64,000 bases of DNA from Polyangiaceae bacterium (GTDB lineage: Bacteria; Myxococcota_A; Polyangia; Polyangiales; Polyangiaceae), in assembly GCA_965222375.1 (NCBI GenBank), contig CBDCTZ010000016.1:704001-768000 (forward strand). Reading direction: 5' to 3'. The notes beneath the pieces are model-generated. The model was not told the DNA's origin and searched no databases. It saw nothing but the letters and a program-made list of their open reading frames with translations. A program made the translations under genes and the position numbers. Shown in pieces: positions 36,956-47,491 of this stretch; position 1 is the first letter of the stretch; each line of letters starts with the position of its first letter.

Positions 36956-37690
36956 CTAGCGAGGCGCGTGGGGACGTCGGCCCGGGGGCGGCGGCTCCCC
37001 GTCGGGCCAGCTACATACCTGCTTCGGGCCGAAGGTGTGACGGACTGACACGGCGCCGGACTGGTCGTCGATGATCACATCGAAGGCCAGAAACGACATG
37101 TCGGCAGGCGTGATGTAGATGACGTCCAGAGCGTCGTAGCTCAAGATGTGCCGCTGCCCCTCGGCCCGCTCGCTGCGCAGACAGGCCTTCCCCCAGTCGC
37201 GGGTCATGAACTCGATCCTTCTCTCTCGGATCAGTCTGCGAGCCAGCTCCCGCGGCTTCGCCGCTGACTCTTTGAACGTGTCTAGAAACTGGGTCTTTCG
37301 CCAGCTGTTGACCCCAAGATAGATCTTCCGCGGCTTTGGGCGGCGCTCAGGCGGCGTCAGTTCGCCATCTGAGTCTTCTCCCTCGTAGTCGACGTCACGA
37401 TCCGACTGGTCGTCGTCCTCCTCCTCCGCCTGACCCGTCACCTCGTGGATACAGCGTCCACGGAAAGCGGGCGTCGTGATGACTGTGCCGCTTGGGTGGA
37501 CCGTGTCGCAGTTGACGGACTGCGCCAGGCGTGGGTGCGGCTTCGCTTGGGCTGCGCGCGAATCGGGCCGGGCGTTCGGCGCCGAGTTGGAGGTCGGCGG
37601 CGTCCCGCAAGCGAGCAGCAGCCCAGCCCACGGTAGCAGGCGCGCGACAGTCAGCGAGTGTGTCATGGGTTTTGGTTGGGGTCGGTTCAC
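36956..37690 (-). CDS. Hypothetical lipoprotein
   Basis: LLLAC lipobox, acidic stretch. Confidence 0.6.
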   Translation of the reverse strand: MNRPQPKPMTHSLTVARLLPWAGLLLACGTPPTSNSAPNARPDSRAAQAKPHPRLAQSVNCDTVHPSGTVITTPAFRGRCIHEVTGQAEEEDDDQSDRDVDYEGEDSDGELTPPERRPKPRKIYLGVNSWRKTQFLDTFKESAAKPRELARRLIRERRIEFMTRDWGKACLRSERAEGQRHILSYDALDVIYITPADMSFLAFDVIIDDQSGAVSVRHTFGPKQVCSWPDGEPPPPGRRPHAPR

Positions 37691-37943
37691 TGGGTCGGCG
37701 CTGGGCCACTAATCTCGCACTAGGCCGCGCGGCGCGCCTGTGCGCAACAGCGCGAGATTAGAGCAACGACGTGCCAAAGGGATGCGACCCCAAACCCAAC
37801 CACCACACTCCGCGCATCGGGTCGGCAGGAGCGCGTGGTTCAGCGGCCACGCCAGCGGGGTCCCGGGGACACAGGTGTAGCGGCGTAAATATTTGAAATT
37901 ATTGAATATTTTACGAGGCACGGAAACTGTAGGGATCCTGGGC

Positions 37944-39035
37944 ATGAAGCTCTGGAAGTCCTTGATTGCAGTGCTGATGGCGCTGGGCGCAGTGGGTTGT
38001 GGCCCGGAGATCAGTTTCGATGACAGTCCGGAGGCCGCCTACGCCGACTCCTTCGGCGAAGCTCAGCCCGCTGACGACAGCGCCCTCGCGTCAATCGAAA
38101 CCGTGGAGCCGCTCGACCTTGCCAGCCCGATTCAGGGCCGCGGGACCTTCACGGTGTGTGAGCACACGCCGCTAGAACATGACCTCACTGCTGTCGTGTG
38201 GGCGGCGGAACCACTGGTCGTCGTCGATCTGGACGTCGAGAATTCGGAAGGTGACTTCGACGACGTGACGACCGCTGACAGCCCGACTCGCATGCTCCGT
38301 CGGCGCCTGACGGATGCAGAGCGCATGAGCTACACCGATGTCGCTGGGCGCGACGTTTGGATGTACGACGCTACCGGATACGTGTGTACGGCGACCCTCG
38401 CCGATCTGTGGCGGGTTCGCGAAGAGTGGGCGGAGCCTCACGACAGCGGCGACGTCGAGATGACCGGACCTAGTCGCGAAATGGTGGCGGCTAAGGTGCT
38501 GCCCTTGCAGGGTGACTGCTCGGGCGCGACCTACGCGAGCCCGGCTCAGGGCAAAGCCGCGTTCTTCTCGGAAGTGGCGGAGCCGAGCGCGCAGCTATCC
38601 GCCTCGGCTCTCGCGGCCTTTACGAAGCTTCCTGAGCACGGCGAGATTCAGAAGGAATACGAATCCGACGAGTGGCGACCACAGCCGCTAGAAGGCAGCA
38701 TCGCCCCGGCGGTTCGAGGGTCCTGGACCGACTACCTAGATTCCGGCAGTCATGTCACCCAGTACACGGACGAGTCGGGTCGCATGTTGGTGCGAGTTGC
38801 GGCTTGGGCCGGAGTGGGTTGCGGTGACTTTCGAGGCGACCTGTGGGCGATTTGGGAGCAGACGCCCACCGGGCTCTCGCTGCGGGCCGTCGGTCGCACC
38901 GAGGAGAGCGCTTCGTTCATCTTCGAGCGAGATGGCCGGCTCTCCTACGGCAGCGAGTCGCAGGTGAACGTCGCCGCAGGCAACCATTGGATGCAGGGCT
39001 ATTCCGTGCTCGAGCCTTGGAGCTGCCCCTGCTGA
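37944..39035 (+). CDS. Hypothetical acidic lipoprotein
   Basis: AVGC lipobox; GCGDFRGDLWAIWE motif; ends with CPC. Confidence 0.7.
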   Translation: MKLWKSLIAVLMALGAVGCGPEISFDDSPEAAYADSFGEAQPADDSALASIETVEPLDLASPIQGRGTFTVCEHTPLEHDLTAVVWAAEPLVVVDLDVENSEGDFDDVTTADSPTRMLRRRLTDAERMSYTDVAGRDVWMYDATGYVCTATLADLWRVREEWAEPHDSGDVEMTGPSREMVAAKVLPLQGDCSGATYASPAQGKAAFFSEVAEPSAQLSASALAAFTKLPEHGEIQKEYESDEWRPQPLEGSIAPAVRGSWTDYLDSGSHVTQYTDESGRMLVRVAAWAGVGCGDFRGDLWAIWEQTPTGLSLRAVGRTEESASFIFERDGRLSYGSESQVNVAAGNHWMQGYSVLEPWSCPC

Positions 39036-39110
39036 GCCTTCGCCAGCACAGCACCAACTTGCCCCGGGTCTGTTACGCTTCCCGCGCGCCTCAACTCCAA
39101 GAGGGATTCG

Positions 39111-39938
39111 GTGGGCCGGCATTCAAGAACTCTCCCTGACGGGATGAGCCCCGAGGAAGCCCGACTGACCGGGTTGTGGCCGCCTCTGGGCTACACCCCT
39201 CCAAGGCGTGGGGACCCACGAGAGGCGGGTCGAACACTCTTCGCGACAGGTCGTTGGCTTCTGCCGATGGTCGTCAGCGCGTTCAAGGTTCCCCGAAGCC
39301 AGTGGCCACGAACGACCGACGCGGAGGGCTTGCGGCGAATCGCCCAGGCGTGTCGTGACCTGCTCCGGCGCCTAGGCGTGCAGATCGAGATCGAGCGCGC
39401 GAGCGCCGTGCCCGAAACCGGTGGGCTCGTGTTCATGTGGAACCAGGAATCCCACCTCGACCACATCGTGCTGCCGAGCGTCCTGCCGCGACCGTTCTTC
39501 TCGCTCTACAACAACGCCGTCGCTGGCCGACCCGTGTACGGTCGCTACTTGCGCGACAGCGGGCACGTGCACGTCGACAAGACCGACGAGAGCCAATGGC
39601 GTCGCGGGGTCGCGCGGGCTGCAAGTCAGATCCGTGAAGGGGAGTGCGCTGTCGTGAGCCCCGAGGGCACCCGGAGCTGGGATGGCGAGCTGCTGCCGAT
39701 GAAGCGCGGTGCATTCATCATGGCGATCCAATCTCAGCGCCCCATTGTCTGTGTCACGTTGCTCGGCGGTCACCAACGCCTTCCACGAGGCAGCAGCGCG
39801 GTGCGCCCCGGCGTGATCCGAGCCGTGTTCTCCGATCCCATTCCGACTGCCGGTCATGACCCCGAGCGACGCGCGCCGCTGAAAGCGCGCGTCGCCGAAG
39901 AGTTCACCCGAGTGAAGACCGAGTTTCGCCTGAGTTGA
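39111..39938 (+). CDS. PlsC-like lysophospholipid acyltransferase with atypical catalytic motif
   Basis: NQESHLD (block I), PEGTRS (block III), KRGAF, RPIV. Confidence 0.8.
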   Translation: MGRHSRTLPDGMSPEEARLTGLWPPLGYTPPRRGDPREAGRTLFATGRWLLPMVVSAFKVPRSQWPRTTDAEGLRRIAQACRDLLRRLGVQIEIERASAVPETGGLVFMWNQESHLDHIVLPSVLPRPFFSLYNNAVAGRPVYGRYLRDSGHVHVDKTDESQWRRGVARAASQIREGECAVVSPEGTRSWDGELLPMKRGAFIMAIQSQRPIVCVTLLGGHQRLPRGSSAVRPGVIRAVFSDPIPTAGHDPERRAPLKARVAEEFTRVKTEFRLS

Positions 39939-40037
39939 TGGCTCGCCCATGGCGCCGCCACCCTCTGGCGCCTGGGGTCACAAAAACGGCGCGCACGACC
40001 ACTGCGACTCCGCGGGCTCAGCGGCAAACTGCCTTTC

Positions 40038-40673
40038 ATGAGGGGCATTCCGGCGCGCCGTTGTTTGCGCCTCGCGTTCGGCGGGGCAGCCGGGAGCGCT
40101 GCCGCGGCGGCGCTTGTGGTCGCTTGCCAGGATGCGCCGAGGGACACGGGTCAAGAGCGCGAGCCCGCGACGCGCGCGCGTGCGCCACTGCCAGCTGCGC
40201 CCTCGCCGACGGTCGTGGCTCGCCCCGACTTTTCCGGACCCATCGACGCCGTGGCGCTCGGTCATCTGCCGGGCGCCGAGCGCGAGAAGATCCCCGCCTC
40301 TCCGGTCCCGGTCCTGCTGCCCCAGGATCCGGCATTGCTCTCGAAGCTCGTGGTCACCACGGGACCGCACTGGGTTGCCTTCAGCGTCACCCGCGAAGGC
40401 GTGACCACGAGCTTGCACGCGACTCGAGTGGCGTACGTGCATCCAGATATGCCTCCGCAGATGCCGGACCGGGATTTGCGCAAGACCAAGGCCTTTGTGG
40501 GGCAGAACGAACTGATCTGGAATGCGTCCTGGCAGGAGCGCGAGGTCGCCTATTCCCTGGACCTCGAGTGCGCGGTCACGGCCGACGCACGTTGCGCCGA
40601 TGAGCGCTTCCTGATCGAAATCGCCGAAAGCCTGGTGTACGTCGGCGGCTCTGCGAACCGCGGTGAGCCATGA
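40038..40673 (+). CDS. Hypothetical lipoprotein
   Basis: VVAC lipobox; SPVPVLLP, YSLDLEC..D.RC; ATGA overlap with the next gene. Confidence 0.7.
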   Translation: MRGIPARRCLRLAFGGAAGSAAAAALVVACQDAPRDTGQEREPATRARAPLPAAPSPTVVARPDFSGPIDAVALGHLPGAEREKIPASPVPVLLPQDPALLSKLVVTTGPHWVAFSVTREGVTTSLHATRVAYVHPDMPPQMPDRDLRKTKAFVGQNELIWNASWQEREVAYSLDLECAVTADARCADERFLIEIAESLVYVGGSANRGEP

Positions 40674-42148
40674 GCGCGCGTCGAGTCGCGAACGCGCGTC
40701 GAGCCACGAAGTCCGCACTCGTCGGCGTGGCGCTCTTCTGCGCGCCGGGCCTGCTTGGGTCCATCGCTCACGCTGCGCCCTTCTCCTACCAACCTCCTGG
40801 TCAACTGGTGCCCGGCTCAGGGACGGGACGCGTGGACAACAAGGTGTACGTGCCGGGCATGCGTTTTCCCATCGAACTCGCGCCGGCCTATCTGAACTCC
40901 CAGGTCTGGGGCGTGGGTGGCTCGCAAGGCCCATCGGGTTCCCAATGCAGCTCGAAGAACTTCTCGTATCCTTGGTGGGACAACTATTGCGAAAAGCGCA
41001 GCTGGAAGATGCCGTTGTGCCCATCGGGGACCGGGCACCAGGGCCAAGACATTCGCGCGTCGAGTTGTGACAAAGGCAAGCATTGGGTCGTCGCCACCGT
41101 GGACGGCAAGATCACCAACATCGGCAGCTACTCGGTGTATCTGACCGCCAACGACGGTACAGTTCATCGCTTCTTGCACATGAGCCACGTGCAAGTGAAG
41201 ACCGGTCAGTCGATCACCAAAGGTACTCGCGTCGGCAAGGTCAGCAATGCTTTTGGCGGCACGCCCACGACCGTGCACCTGCACTTCGATCTGAAACAAT
41301 ACGTGTCAGGCACCGGTAGCGTGTACGTGCCGACGTATATGTCACTGGTCAAGGGGTACGAGGCGTTGATCGGACGCGTGGCACCCACTCTCGACGCAAA
41401 GCTGACGGGCCAGCGCACCGACGCGGTGCCGGATGCGGACGGTCTGGCGGACTATCGAGTCTGCACGGGGCAAGCGGTTCGCATCTGGTTCCAGTTGGAA
41501 AACACGGGTACCGCGAGCTGGACCGACGTGGGCGGTGCGTCCGTCGGGCAAAGCGTGCGGCTTGGTGCACCCTGGGACGTGCCGGATCCCCTCACTGGCC
41601 AAACCCGCTACAGCGTCAACGCCAACTCGAACTCCAAGGTCGTGCCTGCGTCGGCCAGTCCCGCGGGCCCCAACTGCTACGACAAGTCGGGCTGTCGACG
41701 GACCGAATTCGTCCAGGGTGGGATCCTGGGCATCGCGCCAACTTCGCCGGGGATCGTGGAGACCAAGTGGCAGCTGTTGGACGAGGGGCGCGACTGGTTC
41801 GGCCCCACTTTGAGCATGACTTTCAACGTCGTGGAGTGCCCGGGCAGCCCAGATGCCTCGACCTGGTCCGATGGGTCGGTGATTGGAGTGGGCGGCGTCG
41901 GAGGTTTGGGTGGCGCTTGGGGTGCCGGAGGTGTCTTGGCGGGCAGTGGCAGCAGTGGCAACTCTGGCCAGCGTACCCAACTCGTTGGTGAGGGCGAGGA
42001 GGGCTGCGGCTGTCGGATACCGCGGGGCGGCGCGCCCGAGCCACGACGGATGGCAGGCCTAGTGATGCTAGCGGCGTTGCTCCTTCAGCGCCGAAGGCGT
42101 CGACGCCGAGGGAGTTCCGGGGTTGGAGCCGAAGACAGGATCAAATAA
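40670..42148 (+). CDS. M23 family metallopeptidase with MYXO-CTERM tail
   Basis: HQGQD (HxxxD), FLHM, HLHFD (HxH); Ig-like LENTGTASW domain; GCGCR..hydrophobic..RRRRRRR. Confidence 0.85.
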   Translation: MSARRVANARRATKSALVGVALFCAPGLLGSIAHAAPFSYQPPGQLVPGSGTGRVDNKVYVPGMRFPIELAPAYLNSQVWGVGGSQGPSGSQCSSKNFSYPWWDNYCEKRSWKMPLCPSGTGHQGQDIRASSCDKGKHWVVATVDGKITNIGSYSVYLTANDGTVHRFLHMSHVQVKTGQSITKGTRVGKVSNAFGGTPTTVHLHFDLKQYVSGTGSVYVPTYMSLVKGYEALIGRVAPTLDAKLTGQRTDAVPDADGLADYRVCTGQAVRIWFQLENTGTASWTDVGGASVGQSVRLGAPWDVPDPLTGQTRYSVNANSNSKVVPASASPAGPNCYDKSGCRRTEFVQGGILGIAPTSPGIVETKWQLLDEGRDWFGPTLSMTFNVVECPGSPDASTWSDGSVIGVGGVGGLGGAWGAGGVLAGSGSSGNSGQRTQLVGEGEEGCGCRIPRGGAPEPRRMAGLVMLAALLLQRRRRRRRGSSGVGAEDRIK

Positions 42149-42478
42149 GACTCACGCCACATCGGTGTCGCGAGCTACTTCCAGCTCGTCAGGATTTGCT
42201 CGCGTCGGAAAAGCCGGACCCCAGTGTTCAACGCAACGATGTTGAGCACCGCGAGCGTGCCAAAAGCGAGCAACTGCATCGCAACATCGTCTCGCCCCAG
42301 GACCCGCCGGATTTCCACCCGGGCGTAGTCACGGCGCTGAACAGCTTCCTGCGCTCGGTCAAGCCACGGCGCCGCTAAGTGCTAACCGACGACTTCACGG
42401 CGTGAGTTTGAGCACTTGGCAAGCCATGGTCTTGTAGCAGCGGCGCGGCGGCGGCGGGCAGCGCGAAGCGAAGACACT

Positions 42479-43870
42479 TCAGGGCGAGAGCCGGTAGACG
42501 TATGCCGCCGCGGAACCGCCGTATGGGTTGGCCCCCACGAGAGCCGTAGCGCTGCTCATCGAAACGGACCAACCGAACCAACCGCCTGCGGTGGCGTCGC
42601 TAGCAGTTAGTTTGTGCTGCTCGGTCCAGGTGGTCCCGGAGCGCAAGAACATGTAGGCAGCCCCTGACTCTTTCCCCACCGCATTGTCCTTGAAAGCCCC
42701 CACGACCGCCATGTCCCCGCTCACCGAAACGGATGTGCCGAACCAAGCGTCCCCAGCCGCGTCGCTCGCCGTCAGTTTCTGTTGCTCGCTGAAGCTCATG
42801 TTCGGTCCAGGACGCGTGAACACGTAGGCTGCGCCTGACTTGGCGCCGGCATGGCCGTCGCCGTTGGCGCTCGCGATGATCGTATCTCTACTCAACGACA
42901 CGGATTCGCCAAAAAAGTCGCCCCCCGCGGCGTTCTTGGGCGTCAGCTTTTGCTGCTCAGCCCAAGTGCTGCCTGAGCGGACGAACACATAGACGGCACC
43001 AGGCTTACCGCTCCCGTAGGCATGTCCAGGCGCCCCCACGATCACTGTATCGCCATCTCCGCTCACGGCAACGGACTGACCAAACAACGTCAAACTACCT
43101 CCGTCGCTGGCGCCTAGTTTCTGTTGTTCAGTCCAGGTGGTGCCGGACCGAACGAATACATAGGCCGAGCCGGACTGCCCGCCTGCTTCGTCATCGTTGG
43201 CCACCCCCACGACCACGGTATCACTGCTCACCGCGACGGAATGGCCGAATCCGTCCATCCAGGTTCCGTCCTTGGCCGTCAGTTTTTGTTGCTCCATCCA
43301 CGTGGTGCCAGAGCGACCAAATACGTAAGCTGAACCGGAATCGGTTTGTCCGTCGTCATCGAAGATGGCGCCTACGACTGCCGTATCGCCGTTTACCGCA
43401 ACAGACCAACCGAAACGGTCTTTTTGCTCGGCGTCGCTAGCGGTCAGTTTCTGCTGCTGAATCCAAGTGCTGCCCGAGCGGACGAATACGTAGGCTGCTC
43501 CGTTGAAATCATCCTCGTAGGATCCCACTACAGCCGTATTCCCGCTCACTGCGACGGACGCCAAACTCAGAGCCCCGTTGCCCGGGGTCAACTTCTGTTC
43601 TTCGCTCCAGCTGAAGACCGACCCGCCAGCCCCAACGCCACCACCGGAACCTACACTACCGGCATTGCCCCCGGAGCTGCTACCGCCACTTCCTAGCGCG
43701 CCACTGCCCGCGGCGCCTTCTCCGCCATCCGCTCCGCCTCCGCCGCCGACCTCAGTCCCTCGGTCTTCGGAGTTGCAGGACGCGAGGTGCAGGGCAAACA
43801 GTACAGTCACGACGATCGTGGCTGCGCACGAATGCTTCTTTTCCAAGTCACCGCCTCCCCTGGAGCACAA
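42479..43870 (-). CDS. FG-GAP repeat lipoprotein
   Basis: Repeated QQKLTASD....FG.SVAVSGDT.VVGA....G.AYVF.RSG.TW. Confidence 0.88.
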   Translation of the reverse strand: MCSRGGGDLEKKHSCAATIVVTVLFALHLASCNSEDRGTEVGGGGGADGGEGAAGSGALGSGGSSSGGNAGSVGSGGGVGAGGSVFSWSEEQKLTPGNGALSLASVAVSGNTAVVGSYEDDFNGAAYVFVRSGSTWIQQQKLTASDAEQKDRFGWSVAVNGDTAVVGAIFDDDGQTDSGSAYVFGRSGTTWMEQQKLTAKDGTWMDGFGHSVAVSSDTVVVGVANDDEAGGQSGSAYVFVRSGTTWTEQQKLGASDGGSLTLFGQSVAVSGDGDTVIVGAPGHAYGSGKPGAVYVFVRSGSTWAEQQKLTPKNAAGGDFFGESVSLSRDTIIASANGDGHAGAKSGAAYVFTRPGPNMSFSEQQKLTASDAAGDAWFGTSVSVSGDMAVVGAFKDNAVGKESGAAYMFLRSGTTWTEQHKLTASDATAGGWFGWSVSMSSATALVGANPYGGSAAAYVYRLSP

Positions 43871-44071
43871 TACTCAGTGTACCCCATGCCACTATACGAA
43901 AGTAGTGATCCTCCGCCGCGAGAGGGTCGCGACCCCAAGCGAGCCGAATTCGAAGTGTATGCGCCCTGAACGTCCCGCACGTCGGCCACCGAAGCGTTGT
44001 GCTGTTGTTTTGGGTCGCATCGCTGGTGCGAAGTGGGCCACTACTCTCGGGTTGGGCCTCGCACCAAGTTC

Positions 44072-44115
44072 GTTTCAGCGTTGCAGGTGCAACTCTGAAT
44101 TCGAGCTGTGGAAGG
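44072..44115 (-). repeat. Solo copy of the 14.5-kb palindromic repeat
   Basis: Reverse complement matches 14460-14503 at 38/44 positions. Confidence 0.85.
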
Positions 44116-44242
44116 CTCCGCAAACCCACAGCTCGCGACGCGGGAGCGCCTCGAGACTTCGGATCAACAGTCCATTCGTCGCGCCGAGCGCGAGTCGTGT
44201 CCGACTCACCCGGTGACGATGCTGCGAACCAGCCACCTCCCG

Positions 44243-45886
44243 CTACGGGCGACCAGCTCGAGTTGCTTGACGAGACCGACGACCCTGCCGAATCCCACGC
44301 CGTCGCAATCGCGACGCACCCAATGCCAGCAGCCCGGCTCCGAGCCAGGCTAGGGCGCCACCGGAGGTTGGAGCCGTGCGGCAGCCGCAGCCGCCGTCGT
44401 CGTCGGAGTCACTCCCGGTTGAGCCACCGGAGCTGCTGGCACCGGAGCCAGCGTTCGCCCCCGAGCCCGCCGAGCCGCCACTCGCGCCGGAGCCGCCACT
44501 GCCCGCGTCCGGCGGATCGATCACGCCACCGTCGGGCTGCGGGCAGCATCGTGGGCTGGAGAAATCGCGGGGTCCAGTGCAACGCCCGCGTCGATGCAGG
44601 CCGAACCCGCTGCGAGCTGGAAATCGCCGTTGGCCTGGTCGACGAACCCCGGAGCGGTTTCCGTGTCGAGGTTCTTTTGCGCGTTGAGGGTGCCGCCGAA
44701 GCTGTCGTGGCTGTCCTTCCAACCGGAGCTGAGCCAGTTGTTCGACAGGTTGAGCACGCCGTTCTTGGACAGCATCGCCAAGCTCGAACCCGAACCTGTC
44801 ACGTAGATGACGTTGTTGCGGACATCGGCACTCTCTGAGTTGGTCGACAGGCGCAACAGGGTCGTATTGCCGCTTCGTCGCGAAACCACGGTATTGTTGT
44901 GAAAGAACAGGGTGCCCTTGCGGTAGATCGACTCGTCTCCATTATCGCCGCCGTAGTGGACGATCTGGCTGTTGCCGTCGTCGCTCGGCTCGAGCAGCAC
45001 GTTGCCGTAAACGAAGGTCTCGCTGTAGCTCGGTGCGTTGGGCACGCTGGGGTGATCTTCGCCGTCGACCAAGTCGAGCTGCCGATTGCCGCCCTCCAGC
45101 CAGTTGTAACGAATCACCAAGCCGGCGGAGCGGTCTTTCAAGTTGTTGCCGCCACAGCCCTTCCGCAGAGGTCCGTAGCGGTTGTACTGGAAGGTGATGC
45201 CCATCGCCGAGGTGTAGCTGTTGTGTTGGTAGATGCTGCCCTCGACGCCGTTGTCGTAGACGTGGTTGCCTTCGACCAAGATGTTCTGGGTCTCGCCGCC
45301 GAACACGCCGATGAACAGGCCGTTGCCGGAGTCTCGAATGATGTTGTTTCGGATGATCACGTTCTGCGCCTTCTCGATGTAGATCGAGGCGGCGTTGTCG
45401 GAGTAGCTCTGGGTATCACCCGAGCCGCCATGTCCCGTGAAACTGTAGGGCGGGCGACCCGAGCGCACATCCAGGTTTTCGATCACGATGTGTGACGGCA
45501 TCGCGTCTTTGGGCACGTTCGAGCTGCCGATCTTGATCACCCCTCGGGACTCGTTGGTGTAGCTGAGCGCCTCTCGGGTGGTGGCGCCATTGCCGTCGAT
45601 GACCGGCAGCTTGCCGTAGGGGGCGCGTACGCCGCTGATCACGATGGGCTTGTCCTTGGTGCCGCTGCGGCCGATGACCCACTTTTCCTTGTAGGGCGCG
45701 CTGCGCCAATGGATCAGCACGCGGTCACCGGGCGCCAGGGTCTCCCAGGGGACGTCTCCGATCGAGGGTGTGCGTTTTTCCGGGGCCAACCTCGAAATCC
45801 GCGGCGGCGATGCTGCCGGCAGCGAGCGGTACGGCCAGTGCCGGAGCTAGGGAAATGAGTGCGCGACTCTGGATAGGTCTCGTCAT
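44243..45886 (-). pseudogene. Right-handed beta-helix (polysaccharide-lyase-like) MYXO-CTERM protein, split over three frames
   Basis: Signal and FEVGPGKTHT in one frame, SIGDVPWE...AHD in 44521..45789, linker and GCGCR tail in 44243..44722; one extra base at ~45767. Confidence 0.75.
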
Positions 45887-45897
45887 CACGAGACAGA

Positions 45898-46503
45898 TTA
45901 CGCTCGAACTTTGCGATACGCCATGCCCGCTTGCTGCGCTGCTTCGCCATCCGCGTCTTCGCGATCCCCAATGACCAAGCATTGCTCGGGAGCCACACCG
46001 AGTAGTTCCGCAGTGCGCAGGTAGCCGGCGGGGTGGGGTTTCAGTCGCGGGGGACCCGCGGGCTCGCCGCTTGCCACGATGCAGTCGAAGAGGTCGACCG
46101 CCTCGAGGGCCTCGAGCTTTTCCCGGGCTGGGTAGTCCGTGACACAAGCCGTTTTGCCGCCCGCTCGGCGAAAGGTCCGGATCTCATCGAGCAATGCCTG
46201 GTTTTTGCTTTTCGCCAAGTGCTTGCAGGGTCGCTGCACCATCCACTCGCGAACGATGGCCTCGACCTGCGCCTGGTCACGATTCAGGGCGACGGCGGTG
46301 CGCCGTATTTGCTCCATGAAGGGGCTGTCCACGTCGTGGTCCAGAGTCTCGCGCAACAGCTCGTGCTCTTGCCGGAAGCGCTTGAGCACACCAACCACGC
46401 TCCAGCCACCCAGTGCCAGCTCCACGGCCATTCGAATCTTGATCGGTCGGGCGCGATACAACGTGCCGTCCAGGTCGACCAGCCAAGCGCGATACTCTGT
46501 CAC
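45898..46503 (-). CDS. HAD-superfamily hydrolase
   Basis: DLDGTLY, VTD, KPHP, IGDREDAD. Confidence 0.88.
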   Translation of the reverse strand: MTEYRAWLVDLDGTLYRARPIKIRMAVELALGGWSVVGVLKRFRQEHELLRETLDHDVDSPFMEQIRRTAVALNRDQAQVEAIVREWMVQRPCKHLAKSKNQALLDEIRTFRRAGGKTACVTDYPAREKLEALEAVDLFDCIVASGEPAGPPRLKPHPAGYLRTAELLGVAPEQCLVIGDREDADGEAAQQAGMAYRKVRA

Positions 46504-47258
46504 GGGCCTAGCTCCCGGATTGTTGGGAGGGTGAGCCCTAGCCGGTCGGCCTGTGCCAGTGCCCGCTGTCGTCGGCGCGGCGCGCTGCGGCCAGTGCAGG
46601 CATGAAGGGGATCCGCTGCCACGGCCTTTTCGACGCCGGCAAGCAGCGCCTCTCGGTCGAAGGTGTGACCCGTGAGCCCCTGCTGTAGCGCGAGCACTTC
46701 GTCAAAGACCGTCAGGGCGTAGTCTCTGTGGGTGGACAACAGTTCGCCAACGTTGCCGCCGGTTTTCATGCCGGCCAAGTTCACGGTCAAGATGTACAGG
46801 TTCTTCTCGACTAGCGCAGCGACCAGGGCAGTTTCGTCCTGCAGCAGGTTGCACTGAATGCCCACGCTCTCGAGGGCGGCAACGAGTCGCGGCGCCTTCG
46901 GACCGTAGACCGCAGTTGGAAGCAACTCCGTCACGGGCTTGCCACGCTTCTTTTCGAACCACACCACACACACACTCGGATCCAAGATGTTGTGGCTCTG
47001 CCAAGCGTGAGGCAAGAGCTCGTTTTGCATCAGCACGAGGCTCCTGCACCAGGCTGCCGGCATGGAGCTGAGCACTGGCGCAAGATCGTCCTCGCCCACG
47101 GCGACGAGCACGACCGCCGGCTTGGGGTGCTCCTCGGCAACGCGACTCGGGTCATCACCTCGCAGCACCGGCACGACCGCATGGCCACACCGAAGCAGCC
47201 CGTGGGCGAACAGGCCGCCCAGCTCTCCAGCGCCAATGACGATTGCGGTTTCGCTCAT
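46500..47258 (-). CDS. Rossmann-fold protein (ketopantoate-reductase-like)
   Basis: VIGAGELGG, LVAV, LMQN; GTGA overlap with the HAD gene. Confidence 0.65.
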   Translation of the reverse strand: MSETAIVIGAGELGGLFAHGLLRCGHAVVPVLRGDDPSRVAEEHPKPAVVLVAVGEDDLAPVLSSMPAAWCRSLVLMQNELLPHAWQSHNILDPSVCVVWFEKKRGKPVTELLPTAVYGPKAPRLVAALESVGIQCNLLQDETALVAALVEKNLYILTVNLAGMKTGGNVGELLSTHRDYALTVFDEVLALQQGLTGHTFDREALLAGVEKAVAADPLHACTGRSAPRRRQRALAQADRLGLTLPTIRELGP

Positions 47259-47491
47259 CGCCGGCAGACTGCCCTAAGCTCGAAAAGATGGGTAGTGGCT
47301 TCAGCTCTGCGACGCGCGGGGCGAGCCGCAAGCCTTCAGACTCAGCCACAAGCACTGCCACGGACCGGAATCCGCGCCACCTGGGACTAGCGTGGAAGGT
47401 CCGTTAGTCGGGACCCATCACTCCGCCCCACTTTCGCGTCCTGAATCTGCGCCAGCTGGTTCCTCGAGGAAAGTCTGATAGGAATGGGAAG

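Noticed and set aside
37764..37780. Minus-strand sigma54 promoter TGGCACGTCGTTGCT
   Set aside because: GG-to-GC spacing is 9 bases rather than 10
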